NCBI GenBank assembly: GCA_964016885.1
Contig: OZ024740.1
Span: 12,710,001 to 12,774,000 of the forward strand
DNA length: 64,000 bases
Source: Eledone cirrhosa
Lineage: Eukaryota
Reading direction: 5' to 3'
The notes under the pieces are model-generated. The model did not search any database, had not been told where the DNA came from, and saw only the letters and a program-made list of their open reading frames with translations. Position numbers and translations under genes: made by a program. Shown here in pieces: positions 1 to 14,100 of the stretch (positions within the stretch are counted from its first letter, which is position 1; each line of letters begins with the position of its first letter).

Positions 1-3000
1 CTCTAGTCTAATGTCTTGTATCTAGTCTAGTGTCTTGTCTCTAGTGTAATGCCTCTAGTCTAATGTCTTGTCTCTAGTCTAACGTCTTGTCTCTAGTCTA
101 ATGTCTCTAGTCTAATGTCTTGTCTCTAGTCTAACGTCTCTAGTCTAATGTCTTGTCTCTAGTCTAATGTCTTGTCTCTCGTCTAATATCTTGTCTCTAG
201 TCTAATGTCTTGTCTCTAGTCTAATGTCTCTAGTCTAATGTCTTGTCTATATTCTAATGTCTTGTCTCTAGTCTAATGTCTTGTCTCTAGTCTAATATCT
301 TGTCTCTAGTCTAATGTCTTGTCTCTAGTCTAATGTCTCTAGTCTAATGTCTGATCTCTAGTCTAATATCTTGTCTCTAGTCTAATGAATTGTCTCTAGT
401 CTAATGTCTCTAGTCTAATGTCTTGTCTCTAGTCTAATGTCTCTAGTCTAATGTCTCTAGTCTAATGTCTTGTCTCTGGTCTAATGTCTTGTCTCTAGTC
501 TAATGTCTCTAGTCTAATGTTTCTAGTCTAATGTCTTGTTTCTAGTCTAATGTCTCTAGTCTAATGTCTTGTCTCTAGTCTAATATCTTGTCTCTAGCCT
601 AATGTCTTGTCTCTTGTCTAATGTCTCTAGTGTAATGTCTTGTCTCTAGTCTAATGTCTCTAGTCTAATGTCTTGTCTCTAGTCTAATGTCTCTAGTCTA
701 ATGTCTTGTCTCTAGTCTAATATCTTGTCTCTAGTCTAATGTCTTGTCTCTAGTCTAATGTCTCTAGTCTAATGTCTTGTTTCTAGTCTAATGTCTCTAG
801 TCTAATGTCTTGTCTCTAGTCTAATATCTTGTCACTAGTCTAATGTCTTGTCTCTAGTCTAATGTCTCTAGTCTAATGTCTTGTCTCTAGTCTAATATCT
901 TGTCTCTAGTCTAATGTCTTGTCTCTAGTCTAATGTCTCTAGTGTAATGTCTTGTTTCTAGTCTAATGTCTCTAGTCTAATATCTTGTCTCTAGTCTAAT
1001 GTCTCTAGTCTAATGTCTTTGTTTCTAGTCTAATGTCTCTAGTCTAATGTCTTGTCTCTAGTCTAATGTCTCTACCCTAATGTCTTGTTTCTAGTCTAAT
1101 ATCTTGTCTCTAGTCTAATGTCTCTAGTCTAATGTCTTGTCTCTAGTCTAATGTCTCTAGTCTAATATCTTCTCTCTAGTCTAATGTCTCTAGACTAATG
1201 TCTTGTCTCTAGTCTAATGTCTCTAGTCTAATGTCTTGTCTCTAGTCTAATGTCTCTAGTCTAATGTCTTGTCTCTAGTCTAACATCTCGTCTCTAGTCT
1301 AATGTCTCTAGTCTAATGTCTTGTCTCTAGTCTAATATCTTGTCTCTAGTCTAATGACTCTAGTCTAATGTCTTGTCTCTAGTCTAATATCTTGTCTCTA
1401 TTCTAATGTCTCTAGTCTAGTGTCTTGTCTCTAGTCTAATGTCTCTAGTCTAATGTCTTGTCTCTAGTCTAACGTCTTGTCTTTAGTCTAATGTCTCTAG
1501 TCTAATGTCTCTAGTGTAACGTCTTGTCTCTAGTCTAATGTCTTGTCTCTAATCTAATGTCTTGTCTCTAGTCTAATGTCTTGTCTCTAGTCTAATGTCT
1601 TGTCTCCAGTCTAATATCTTGTCTCTAGTCTAATGTCTTGTCTCTAGTCTAATGTCTTGTCTCTAGTCTAATGTCTCTAGTCTAATATCTTGTCTCTAGT
1701 CTAATGTCTCTAGTCTAATGTCTTGTCTCTAGTCTAATGTCTCTAGTCTAATGTCTTGTCTCTAGTCTAATGTCTCTAGTCTAATGTCTTGTCTCTAGTC
1801 TAATATCTCGTCTCTAGTCTAATGTCTCTAGTCTAATGTCTTGTCTCTAGTCTAATATCTTGTCTCTAGTCTAATGTCTCTAGTCTAATGTCTTGTCTCT
1901 AGTCTAATATCTTGTCTCTAGTCTAATGTCTCTAGTCTAATGTCTTGTCTCTAGTCTAATGTCTTGTCTCTAGTCTAATGTCTCTAGTCTAATGTCTTGT
2001 CTCTAGTCTAACGTCTTGTCTCTAGTCTAATGTCTCTAGTCTAATGTCTCTAGTGTAATGTCTTGTCTCTAGTCTAATGTCTTGTCTCCAATCTAATGTC
2101 TTGTCTCTAGTCTAATGTCTCTAGTCTAATGTTTTGTCTCTAATCTAATGTCTTGTCTCTAGTCTAATGTCTCTAGTCTAATGTCTTGTCTCTAGTCTAA
2201 TATCTTGTCTCTAGTCTAATGTCTTGTCTCTAGTCTAATGTCTCTAGTCTAATGTCTTGTTTCTAGTCTAATGTCTCTAGTCTAATGTCTTGTCTCTAGT
2301 CTAATATCTTGTCTCAAGTCTAATGTCTTGTCTCTAGTCTAATGTCTCTAGTCTAATGTCTTGTCTCTAGTCTAACGTCTTGTCTCTAGTCTAATGTCTC
2401 TAGTGTAATGTCTTGTCTCTAGTCTAATGTCTTGTCTCTAGTCTAACGTCTTGTCTCTAGTCTAATGTCTCTAGTCTAATATCTTGTCTCTAGTCTAATG
2501 TCTCTAGTCTAATATCTTGTCACTAGTCTAATGTCTCTAGTCTAATATATTGTCTCTAGTCTAACGTCTTGTCTCTAGTCTAATGTCTCTAGTCTATTAT
2601 CTTGTCTCTAGTCTAATGTCTCTAGTCTAATATCTTGTCACTAGTCTAATGTTTCTAGTCTAATGTCTTGTCTCTAGTCTAATGTCTTGTCTCTAGTCTA
2701 ATGTCTTGTCTCTAGTCTAATGTCTCTAGTCTAATGTCTTGTCTCTAGTCTAATATCTTGTCTCTAGTCTAATGTCTTGTCTCTAGTCTAATGTCTCTAG
2801 TCTAATGTCTTGTTTCTAGTCTAATGTCACTAGTCTAATGTCTCTAGTCCAATGTCTTGTCTCTAGTCTAATTTCTCTAGTCTAATGTCTTGTCTCTAGT
2901 CTAATATCTTGTCTCTAGTCTAATGTATCTAGTCTAATGTCTTGTCTCTAGTCTAATATCTTTTCTCTAGTCTAATGTCTCTAGTCTAATGTCTTGTCTC

Positions 3001-5100
3001 TAGTCTAATATCTTGTCTCTAGTCTAATGTCTCTAGTCTAATGTCTTGTGTCTAGTCTAATGTCTTGTCTCTAGTCTAATGCCTCTAGTCTAATGTCTTG
3101 TCTCTAGTCTAACGTCTTGTCTCTAGTCTAATGTCTCTAGTCTAATGTCTTGTCTCTAGTCTAATGTCTCTAGTCTAATGTCTTGTCTCTGGTCTAATGT
3201 CTTGTCTCTAGTCTAATATCTTGTCTCTAGTCTAATGTCTTGTCTCTAGTCTAATGTCTCTAGTCTAATGTCTTGTCTCTAGTCTAATGTCTTGTCTCTA
3301 GTCTAATGTCTTGTCTCTAGTCTAATATCTTGTCTCTAGTCTAATGTCTTGTCTCTAGTCTAATGTCTCTAGTCTAATGTCTTGTCTCTAGTCTAATGTC
3401 TCTAGTCTAATGTCTGGTCTCTAGTCTAATATCTAGTCTCTAGTCTAATGAATTGTCTCTAGTCTAATGTCTCTAGTCTAATGTCTTGTCTCTGGTCTAA
3501 TGTCTTGTCTCTAGTCTAATGTCTCTAGTCTAATGTTTCTTGTCTAATGTCTTGTTTCTAGTCTAATGTCTCTAGTCTAATGTCTTGTCTCTAGTCTAAT
3601 ATCTTGTCTCTAGCCTAATGTCTTGTCTCTAGTCTAATGTCTCTAGTGTAATGTCTTGTCTCTAGTCTAATGTCTTGTCTCTAGTCTAATGTCTTGTCTC
3701 TAGTCTAATGTCTCTAGTCTAATGTCTTGTCTCTACTCTAATATCTTGTCTCTAGTCTAATGTCTTGTCTCTAGTCTAATGTCTCTACTCTAATGTCTTG
3801 TTTCCAGTCTAATATCTTGTCTCTAGTCTAATGTCTCTAGTCTAATGTCTTGTCTCTAGACTAATGTCTCTAGTCTAATGTCTTATCTCTAGTCTAATGT
3901 CTTGTCTCTAGTCTAATGTCTCTAGTCTAATATCTTGTCTCTAGTCTAATGTCTCTAGACTAATGTCTTGTCTCTAGTCTAATGTCTCTAGTCTAATGTC
4001 TTGTCTCTAGTCTAATGTCTCTAGTCTAATGTCTTGTCTCTAGTCTAACATTTCGTCTCTAGTCTAATGTCTGTAGTCTAATGTCTTGTCTCTAGTCTAA
4101 TATCTCGTCTCTAGCGTCTCTAGTCTAATGTCTCTAGTCTAATGTCTTGTCTCTAGTCTAATATCTTGTCTCTAGTCTAATGTCTCTAGTCTAATGTCTT
4201 GTCTCTAGTCTAATATCTTGTCTCTAGTCTAATGTCTCTAGTCTAATGTCTTGTCTCTAGTCTAATGTCTTGTCTCTAGTCTAATGCCTCTGGTCTAATG
4301 TCTTGACTCTAGTCTAACGTCTTGTCTCTAGTCTAATGTCTCTAGTCTAATGTCTCTAGTGTAATGTCTTGTCTCTAGTCTAATGTCTTGTCTCTAATCT
4401 AATGTCTTGTCTCTAGTCTAATGTCTCTAGTCTAATGTCTTGTCTCTAGTCTAATGTCTTGTCTCTAATCTAATGTCTTGTCTCTAGTCTAATGTCTCTA
4501 GTCTAATGTCTTGTCTCTAGTCTAATATCTTGTCTCTAGTCTAATGTCTTGTCTCTAGTCTAATGTCTCTAGTCTAATATCTTGTCTCTAGTCTAATGTC
4601 TTGTCTCTAGTCTCTAGTCTAATGTCTTGTCTCTAGTCTAACGTCTTGTCTCTAGTCTAGTGTCTCTAGTGTAATATCTTGTCTCTAGTCTAATGTCTTG
4701 TCTCTAGTCTAACGTCTTCTCTCTAGTCTAATGTCTCTAGTCTAATATCTTGTCTCTAGTCTAATGTCTCTAGTCTAATATCTTGTCACTAGTCCAATGT
4801 CTCTAGTCTAATATATTGTCTCTAGTCTAACGTCTTGTCTCTAGTCTAATGTCTCTAGTCTAATATCTTGTCTCTAGTCTAATGTCTCTAGTCTAATATC
4901 TTGTCACTAGTCTAATGTCTCTAGTCTAATGTCTTGTCTCTAGTCTAATGTCTTGTCTCTAGTCTAATGTCTTGTCTCTAGTCTAATGTCTTGTCTCTAG
5001 TCTAATGTCTCTAGTGTAATGTCTTGTCTCTAGTCTAATATCTTGTCTCTAGTCTAATGTCTTGTCTCTAGTCTAATGTCTCTAGTCTAATGTCTTGTTT
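1..5100. repeat. Older, diverged ~2.8-3.1 kb tandem duplication within the array (boundaries approximate)
   Basis: Paired rare markers: GCCTCTAG at 51/3081 (offset 3030), GAATTGTC at 387/3450 (offset 3063 = 3030+33), TAACAT at 1281/4046 (offset 2765). The copies differ at many positions, e.g. CTGATC near 351 vs CTGGTC near 3414. Confidence 0.75.
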
Positions 5101-8100
5101 CTAGTCTAATGTCTCTAGTCTAATGTCTTGTCTCTAGTCTAATATCTTGTATCTAGTCTAATGTCTCTAGTCTAATGTCTTGTCTGTAGTCTAATGTCTC
5201 TAGTCTAATATCTTGTCTCTAGTCTAATGACTCTAGTCTAATGTCTCTAGTCTAATGTCTTGTCTCTAGTCTAATATCTTGTCTCTAGTCTAATGTCTCT
5301 AGTCTAATGTCTTGTCTCTAGTCTAATGTCTCTAGTCTAATGTATTGTCTCTAGTCTAATATCTTGTCTCTAGTCTAATGTCTCTAGTCTAATGTCTTGT
5401 CTCTAGTCTAATATCTTGTCTCTAGTCTAATGTCTCTAGTCTAATGTCTTGTCTCTAGTCTAACGTCTTGTCTCTAGTCTAATGTCTCTGGTCTAATGTC
5501 TCTAGTGTAATGTCTTGTCTCTAGGCTGTCTTGTCTCTAATCTAATGTCTTGTCTCTAGTCTAATGTCTTGTCTCTAGTCTAATATCTTGTCTCTAGTCT
5601 AATGTCTTGTCTCTAGTCTAATGTCTCTAGTCTAATGTCTTGTTTCTAGTCTAATGTCTCTAGTCTAATGTCTTGTCTCTAGTCTAATATCTTGTCTCTA
5701 GTCTAATGTCTTGTCTCTAGTCTAATGTCTCTAGTCTAATGTCTTGTCTCTAGTCTAACGTCTTGTCTCTAGTCTAATGTCTCTAGTGTAATGTCTTGTC
5801 TCTAGTCTAATGTCTTGTCTCTAGTCTAACGTCTTGTCTCTAGTCTAATGTCTCTAGTCTAATATCTTGTCTCTAGTCTAATGTCTCTAGTCTAATATCT
5901 TGTCACTAGTCTAATGTCTCTAGTCTAATATCTTGTCTCTAGTCTAACGTCTTGTCTCTAGTCTAATGTCTCTAGTCTAATATCTTGTCTCTAGTCTAAT
6001 GTCTCTAGTCTAATATCTTGTCACTAGTCTAATGTCTCTAGTCTAATGTCTTGTCTCTAGTCTAATGTCTTGTCTCTAGTATAATGTCTCTAGTCTAATG
6101 TCTTGTCTCTAGTCTAATATCTTGTCTCTAGTCTAATATCTTGTCTCTAGTCTAATGTCTCTAGTCTAATGTCTTGTTTCTATTCTAATGTCTCTAGTCT
6201 AATGTCTTGTCTCTAGTCTAATATCTTGTCTCTATTCTAATGTCTTGTCTCTAGTCTAATGTCTCTAGTCTAATGTCTTGTCTCTAGTCTAATATCTTGT
6301 CTCTAGTCTAATGTCTTGTCTCTAGTCTAATGTCTCTAGTCTAATGTCTTGTTTCTAGTCTAATGTCTCTAGTCTAATGTCTTGTCTCTAGTCTAATATC
6401 TTGTCTCTAGTCTAATGTCTCTAGTCTAATGTCTTGTCTCTAGTCTAATGTCTCTAGTCAAATGTCTTGTCTCTAGTCTAATATCTTGTCTCTAGTCTAA
6501 TGTCTTGTCTCTAGTCTAATGTCTCTAGTCTAATGTCTTGTCTCTAGTCTAACGTCTTGTCTCTAGTCTAATTTCTCTAGTGTAATGTCTTGTCTCTAGT
6601 CTAATATCTTGTCTCTAGTCTAATGTCTCTAGTCTAATATCTTGTCACTAGTCCAATGTCTCTAGTCTAATATATTGTCTCTAGTCTAACGTCTTGTCTC
6701 TAGTCTAATGTCTCTAGTCTAATATCTTGTCTCTAGTCTAATGTCTCTAGTCTAAAATCTTGTCACTAGTCTAATGTCTCTATTCTAATGTCTTGTCTCT
6801 AGTCTAATGTCTTGTCTCTAGTCTAATGTCTTGTCTCTAGTCTAATGTCTCTAGTCTAATGTCTTGTTTCTAGTCTAATGTCTCTAGTCTAATGTCTTGT
6901 CTCTAGTCTAATATCTTGTCTCTAGTCTAATGTCTCGAGTCTAATGTCTTGTCTCTAGTCTAATGTCTCTAGTCTAATGTCTCTAGTCTAATGTCTTGTC
7001 TCTAGTCTAATATCTTGTCTCTAGTCTAATGTCTCGAGTCTAATGTCTTGTCTCTAGTCTAATGTCTCTAGTCTAATGTCTTGTGTCTAGTCTAATATCT
7101 TGTCTCTAGTCTAATGTCTTGTCTCTAGTCTAATGTCTCTAGTCTAATATCTTGTCTCTAGTCTAATGTCTTGTTTCTAGTCTAATGTCTCTAGTCTAAT
7201 GTCTTGTCTCTAGTCTAATATCTTGTCTCTAGTCTAATGTCTTGTCTCTAGTCTAATGTCTCTAGTCTAATGTCTTGTCTCTAGTCTAATATCTTGTCTC
7301 TAGTCTAATGTCTCTAGTCTAATATCTTGTCTCTAGTCTAATGTCTCTAGTCTAATGTCTTGTCTCTAGTCTAATGTCTCTAGTCTAATGTCTTGTCTCT
7401 AGTCTAACGTCTTGTCTCTAGTCTAATTGCTCTAGTGTAATGTCTTGTCTCTAGTCTAATGTCTTGTCTCTAGTCTAACGTCTTGTCTCTAGTCTAATGT
7501 CTCTAGTCTAATATCTTGTCTCTAGTCGAATGTCTCTAGTCTAAAATCTTGTCACTAGTCTAATGTCTCTAGTCTAATGTCTTGTCTCTAGTCTAATGTC
7601 TTGTCTCTAGTCTAATGTCTTGTCTCTAGTCTAATGTCTTGTCTCTAGTCTAATGTCTCTAGTCTAATGTCTTGTCTCTAGTCTAATATCTTGTCTCTAG
7701 TCTAATGTCTTGTCTCTAGTCTAATGTCTCTAGTCTAATGTCTTGTTTCTAGTCTAATGTCTCTAGTCTAATGTCTTGTCTCTAGTCTAATATCTTGTCT
7801 CTAGTCTAATGTCTCTAGTCTAATGTCTTGTCTCTAGTCTAATGTCTCTAGTCTAATGTCTTGTGTCTAGTCTAATATCTTGTCTCTAGTCTAATGTCTT
7901 GTCTCTAGTCTAATATCTTGTCTCTAGTCTAATATCTTGTCTCTAGTCTAATGTCTCTAGTCTAATGTCTTGTCTCTAGTCTAATGTCTCTAGTCTAATG
8001 TCTTGTGTCTAGTCTAATATCTTGTCTCTAGTCTAATGTCTTGTCTCTAGTCTAATATCTTGTCTCTAGTCTAATGTCTCTAGTCTAATGTCTTGTCTCT

Positions 8101-11100
8101 AGTCTAATGTCTCTAGTCTAATGTCTTGTCTCTAGTCTAATGTCTCTAGTCTAATGTCTTGTCTCTAGTCTAATATCTTGTCTCTAGTCTAATGTCTCTA
8201 GTCTAATGTCTTGTCTCTAGTCTAATGTCTTGTCTCTAGCCTAATATCTTGTCTCTAGTCTAATGTCTCTAGTCTAATGTCTTGTCTCTAGTCTAATATC
8301 TTGTCTCTAGTCTAATGTCTCTAGTCTAATGTCTTGTCTCTAGTCTAATATCTTGTCTCTAGTCTAATGTCTCTAGTCTAATGTCTTGTCTCTAGTCTAA
8401 TGTCTTGTCTCTAGTCTAATGTCTTGTCTCTAGTCAAATGTCTCTAGTCTAATGTCTTGTCTCTAGTCTAACGTCTTGTCTCTAGTCTAATGTCTCTGGT
8501 CTAATGTCTCTAGTGTAATGTCTTGTCTCTAGTCTAATGTCTTGTCTCTAGTCTAATGTCTCTAGTCTAATGTCTTGTCTCTAGTCTAATATCTTGTCTC
8601 TAGTCTAATGTCTTGTCTCTCGTCTAATGTCTCTAGTCTAATGTCTTGTTTCTAGTCTAATGTCTCTAGTCTAATGTCTTGTCTCTAGTCTAATATCTTG
8701 TCTCTAGTCTAATGTCTTGTCTCTAGTCTAATGTCTCTAGTCTTATGTCTTGTTTCTAGTCTAACGTCTTGTCTCTAGTCTAATGTCTCTAGTCTAATAT
8801 CTTGTCTCTAGTCTAATATCTCTAGTCTAATATCTTGTCACTAGTCTAATGTCTCTAGTCTAATATCTTGTCTCTAGTCTAACGTCTTGTCTCTAGTCTA
8901 ATATCTTGTCTCTAGTCTAATGTCTCTTGTCTGATATCTTGTCACTAGTCTAATGTCTCTAGTCTAATGTCTTGTCTCTAGTCTAATGTCTTGTTTCTAG
9001 TATAATGTCTCTAGTCTAATGTATTGTCTCTAGTCTAATATCTTGTCTCTAGTCTAATATCTTGTCTCTAGTCTAATGTCTCTAGTCTAATGTCTTGTTT
9101 CTAGTCTAATGTCTCTAGTCTAATGTCTTGTCTCTAGTCTAATATCTTGTCTCTAGTCTAATGTCTTGTCTCTAGTCTAATGTCTCTAGTCTAATGTCTT
9201 GTCTCTAGTCTAATATCTTGTCTCTAGTCTAATGTCTTGTCTCTAGTCAAATGTCTCTAGTCTAATGTCTTGTTTCTAGTCTAATGTCTCTAGACTAATG
9301 TCTTGTCTCTAGTCTAATATCTTGTCTCTAGTCTAATGTCTCTAGTCTAACGTCTTGTCTCTAGTCTAATGTCTCTAGTCTAATGTCTTGTCTCTAGTCT
9401 AATATCTTGTCTCTAGTCTAATGTCTTGTCTCTAGTCTAATGTCTCTAGTCTAATATCTTGTCTCTAGTCTAATGTCTTGTCTCTAGTCTAATGTCTTGT
9501 CTCTAGTCTAACGTCTTGTCTCTAGTCTAATTTCTCTAGTGTAATGTCTTGTCTCTAGTCTAATGTCTTGTCTCTAGTCTAACGTCTTGTCTCTAGTCTA
9601 ATGTCTCTAGTCTAATATGTTGTCTCTAGTCTAATGTCTCTAGTCTAATATCTTGTCACTAGTCCAATGTCTCTAGTCTAATATATTGTCTCTAGTCTAA
9701 CGTCTTGTCTCTAGTCTAATGTCTCTAGTCTAATATCTTGTCTCTAGTCTAATGTCTCTAGTCTAATGTCTTGTCTCTAGTCTAATCTCTTGTCTCTAGT
9801 CTAATGTCTTGTCTCTAGTCTAATGTCTCTAGTCTAATGTCTTGTCTCTAGTCTAATATCTTGTCTCTAGTCTAATGTCTTGTCTCTAGTCTAATGTCTC
9901 TAGTCTAATGTCTTGTTTCTAGTCTAATGTCTCTAGTCTAATGTCTCGTCTCTAGTCTACTATCTTGTCTCTAGTCTAATGTCTCTAGTCTAATGTCTTG
10001 TCTCTAGTCTAATGTCTTGTCTCTAGTCTAATATCTTGTCTCTAGTCTAATGTCTCTAGTCTAATATCTTGTCTCTAGTCTAATGTCTTGTCTCTAGTCT
10101 AATATCTTGTCTCTAGTCTAATGTCTCTAGTCTAATGTCTTATCTCTAGTCTAATGTCTCTAGGCTAATGTCTTGTCTCTAGTCTAATGTCTCTAGTCTA
10201 ATGTCTTGTCTCTAGTCTAATATCTTGTCTCTAGTCTAATGTCTCTAGTCTAATGTCTCTAGTCTAATGTCTCTAGTCTAATGTCTTGTCTCTAGTCTAA
10301 TATTTTGTCTCTAGTCTAATGTCTCTAGTCTAATGTCTTGTCTCTAGTCTACTGTCTCTAGTCTAATGTCTTGTCTCTAGTCTAATGTCTCTAGTCTAAT
10401 GTCTCTAGTCTAATGTCTTGTCTCTAGTCTAATGTCTCTAGTCTAATGTCTTGTCTCTAGTCTAATATCTTGTCTCTAGTCTAATGTCTCTAGTCTAATG
10501 TCTCTAGTCTAATGTCTTGTCTCTAGTCTAATATCTTGTCTCTAGTCTAAAGTCTCTAGTCTACTGTCTTGTCTCTAGTCTAATGTCTCTAGTCTAATGT
10601 CTTGTCTCTAGTCTAATGTCTCTAGTCTAATGTCTTGTCTCTAGTCTAATATCTTGTCTCTAGTCTAATGTCTCTAGTCTAATGTCTTGTCTCTAGTCTA
10701 ATGTCTTGTCTCTAGCCTAATATCTTGTCTCTAGTCTAATGTCTCTAGTCTAATGTCTTGTCTCTAGTCTAATATCTTGTCTCTAGTCTAATGTCTCTAG
10801 TCTAATGTCTTGTCTCTAGTCTAATATCTTGTCTCTAGTCTAATGTCTCTAGTCTAATGTCTTGTCTCTAGTCTAATGTCTTGTCTCTAGTCTAATGTCT
10901 TGTCTCTAGTCAAATGTCTCTAGTCTAATGTCTTGTCTCTAGTCTAACGTCTTGTCTCTAGTCTAATGTCTCTGGTCTAATGTCTCTAGTGTAATGTCTT
11001 GTCTCTAGTCTAATGTCTTGTCTCTAGTCTAATGTCTTGTCTCTAGTCTAACGTCTCTAGTCTAATGTCTTGTCTCTAGTCTAATATCTTGTCTCTAATC

Positions 11101-14100
11101 TAATGTCTTGTCTCTAGTCTAATGTCTCTAGTCTAATGTCTTGTTTCTAGTCTAATGTCTCTAGTCTAATGTCTTGTCTCTAGTCTAATATCTTGTCTCT
11201 AGTCTAATGTCTTGTCTCTAGTCTAATGTCTCTAGTCTTATGTCTTGTCTCTAGTCTAACGTCTTGTCTCTAGTCTAATGTCTCTAGTCTAATATCTTGT
11301 CTCTAGTCTAATGTCTCTAGTCTAATATCTTGTCACTAGTCTAATGTCTCTAGTCTAATATCTTGTCTCTAGTCTTTACGTCTTGTCTCTAGTCTAATGT
11401 CTCTAGTCTAATATCTTGTCTCTAGTCTAATGTCTCTAGTCTGATATCTTGTCACTAGTCTAATGTCTCTAGTCTAATGTCTTGTCTCTAGTCTAATGTC
11501 TTGTCTCTAGTATAATGTCTCTAGTCTAATGTCTTGTCTCTAGTCTAATATCTTGTCTCTAGTCTAATATCTTGTCTCTAGTCTAATGTCTCTAGTCTAA
11601 TGTCTTGTTACTAGTCTAATGTCTCTAGTCTAATGTCTTGTCTCTAGTCTAATATCTTGTCTCTAGTCTAATGTCTTGTCTCTAGTCTAATGTCTCTAGT
11701 TTAATGTCTTGTCTCTAGTCTAATATCTTGTCTCTAGTCTAATGTCTTGTCTCTAGTCTAATGTCTCTAGTCTAATGTCTTGTTTCTAGTCTAATGTCTC
11801 TAGTCTAATGTCTTGTCTCTAGTCTAATATCTTGTCTCTAGTCTAATGTCTCTAGTCTAATGTCTTTTCTCTAGTCTAATGTCTCTAGTCTAATGTCTTG
11901 TCTCTAGTCTAATATCTTGTCTCTAGTCTAATGTCTTGTCTCTAGTCTAATGTCTCTAGTCTAATATCTTGTCTCTAGTCTAATGTCTCTAGTCTAATGT
12001 CTTGTCTCTAGTCTAATCTCTTGTCTCTAGTCTAATGTCTTGTCTCTAGTCTAGTGTCTCTAGTCTAATATCTTGTCTCTAGTCTAATATCTTGTCTCTA
12101 GTCTAATGTCTTGTCTCTAGTCTAATGTCTCTAGTCTAATGTCTTGTTTCTAGTCTAATGTCTCTAGACTAATGTCTTGTCTCTAGTCTAATATCTTGTC
12201 TCTAGTCTAATGTCTCTAGTCTAATGTCTTATCTCTAGTCTAATGTCTCTAGTCTAATGTCTTGTCTCTAGTCTAATGTCTCTAGTCTAATGTCTTGTCT
12301 CTAGTCTAATATCTTGTCTCTAGTCTAATGTCTCTAGTCTAATGTCTCTAGTCTAATGTCTTGTCTCTAGTCTAATATTTTGTCTCTAGTCTAATGTCTC
12401 TAGTCTAATGTCTTGTCTCTAGTCTAATGTCTCTAGTCTAATGTCTTGTCTCTAGTCTAATGTCTCTAGTCTAATGTCTTGTCTCTAGTCTAATATCTTG
12501 TCTCTAGTCTAATGTCTCTAGTCTAATGTCTTGTCTCTAGTCTAATGTCTTGTCTCTAGTCTAATATCTTGTCTCAAGTCTAATGTCTCTAGTCTAATGT
12601 CTTGTCTCTAGTCTAATATCTTGTCTCTAGTCTAATGTCTCTAGTCTAATGTCTTGTCTCTAGTCTAATATCTTGTCTCTAGTCTAATGTCTCTAGTCTA
12701 ATGTCTTGTCTCTAGTCTAATGTCTTGTCTCTAGTCTAATGTCTTGTCTCTAGTCTAATGTCTCTAGTCTAATATCTTGTCTCTAGTCTAATGTCTTGAC
12801 TCTTGTCTAATGTCTCTAGTCTAATGTCTTGTCTCTAGTCTAACGTCTTGTCTCTAGTCTAATTTCTCTAGTGTAATGTCTTGTCTCTAGTCTAATGTCT
12901 TGTCTCTAGTCTAACGTCTTGTCTCTAGTCTAATGTCTCTAGTCTAATATCTTGTCTCTAGTCTAATGTCTCTAGTGTAATATCTTGTCACTAGTCCAAT
13001 GTATCTAGTCTAATATATTGTCTCTAGTCTAACGTCTTGTCTCTAGTCTAATGTCTCTAGTCTAATATCTTGTCTCTAGTCTAATGTCTCTAGTCTAAAA
13101 TCTTGTCACTAGTCTAATGTCTCTAGTCTAATGTCTTGTCTCTAGTCTAATGTCTTGTCTCTAGTCTAATGTCTTGTCTCTAGTCTAATGTCTTGTCTCT
13201 AGTCTAATGTCTCTAGTCTAATGTCTTGTCTCTAGTCTAATATTTTGTCTCTAGTCTAATGTCTTGTCTCTAGTCTAATGTCTCTAGTCTAATGTCTTGT
13301 TTCTAGTCTAATGTCTCTAGTCTAATGTCTTGTCTCTAGTCTAATATCTTGTCTCTAGTCTAATGTCTCGAGTCTAATGTCTTGTCTCTAGTCTAATGTC
13401 TTGTGTCTAGTCTAATATCTTGTCTCTAGTCTAATGTCTTGTCTCTAGTCTAATATCTTGTCTCTAGTCTAATGTCTCTAGTCTAATGTCTTGTCTCTAG
13501 TCTAATGTCTCTAGTCTAATGTCTTGTCTCTAGTCTAATATCTTGTCTCTAGTCTAATGTCTCTAGTCTAATGTCTCTAGTCTAATGTCTTGTCTCTAGT
13601 CTAATATCTTGTCTCTAGTCTAATGTCTCTAGTCTAATGTCTTGTTTCTAGTCTAATGTGTCTAGTCTAATGTCTCTAGTCTAATGTCTTGTCTCTAGTC
13701 TAATATCTTGTCTCTAGTCTAATGTCTCTAGTCTAATGTCTTGTCTCTAGTCTAATGTCTTGTCTCTAGCCTAATATCTTGTCTCTAGTCTAATGTCTCT
13801 AGTCTAATGTCTTGTCTCTAGTCTAATATCTTGTCTCTAGTCTAATGTCTCTAGTCTAATGTCTTGTCTCTAGTCTAATATCTTGTCTCTAGTCTAATGT
13901 CTCTAGTCTAATGTCTTGTCTCTAGTCTAATGTCTTGTCTCTAGTCTAATGTCTTGTCTCTAGTCAAATGTCTCTAGTCTAATGTCTTGTCTCTAGTCTA
14001 ACGTCTTGTCTCTAGTCTAATGTCTCTGGTCTAATGTCTCTAGTGTAATGTCTTGTCTCTAGTCTAATGTCTTGTCTCTAGTCTAATGTCTTGTCTCTAG

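Noticed and set aside
6075-6090. TATAAT (bacterial -10 box) in GTATAATG variants, recurring in several units
   Set aside because: It is a single C>A variant of GTCTAATG propagated by duplication, with no -35 element or downstream gene.
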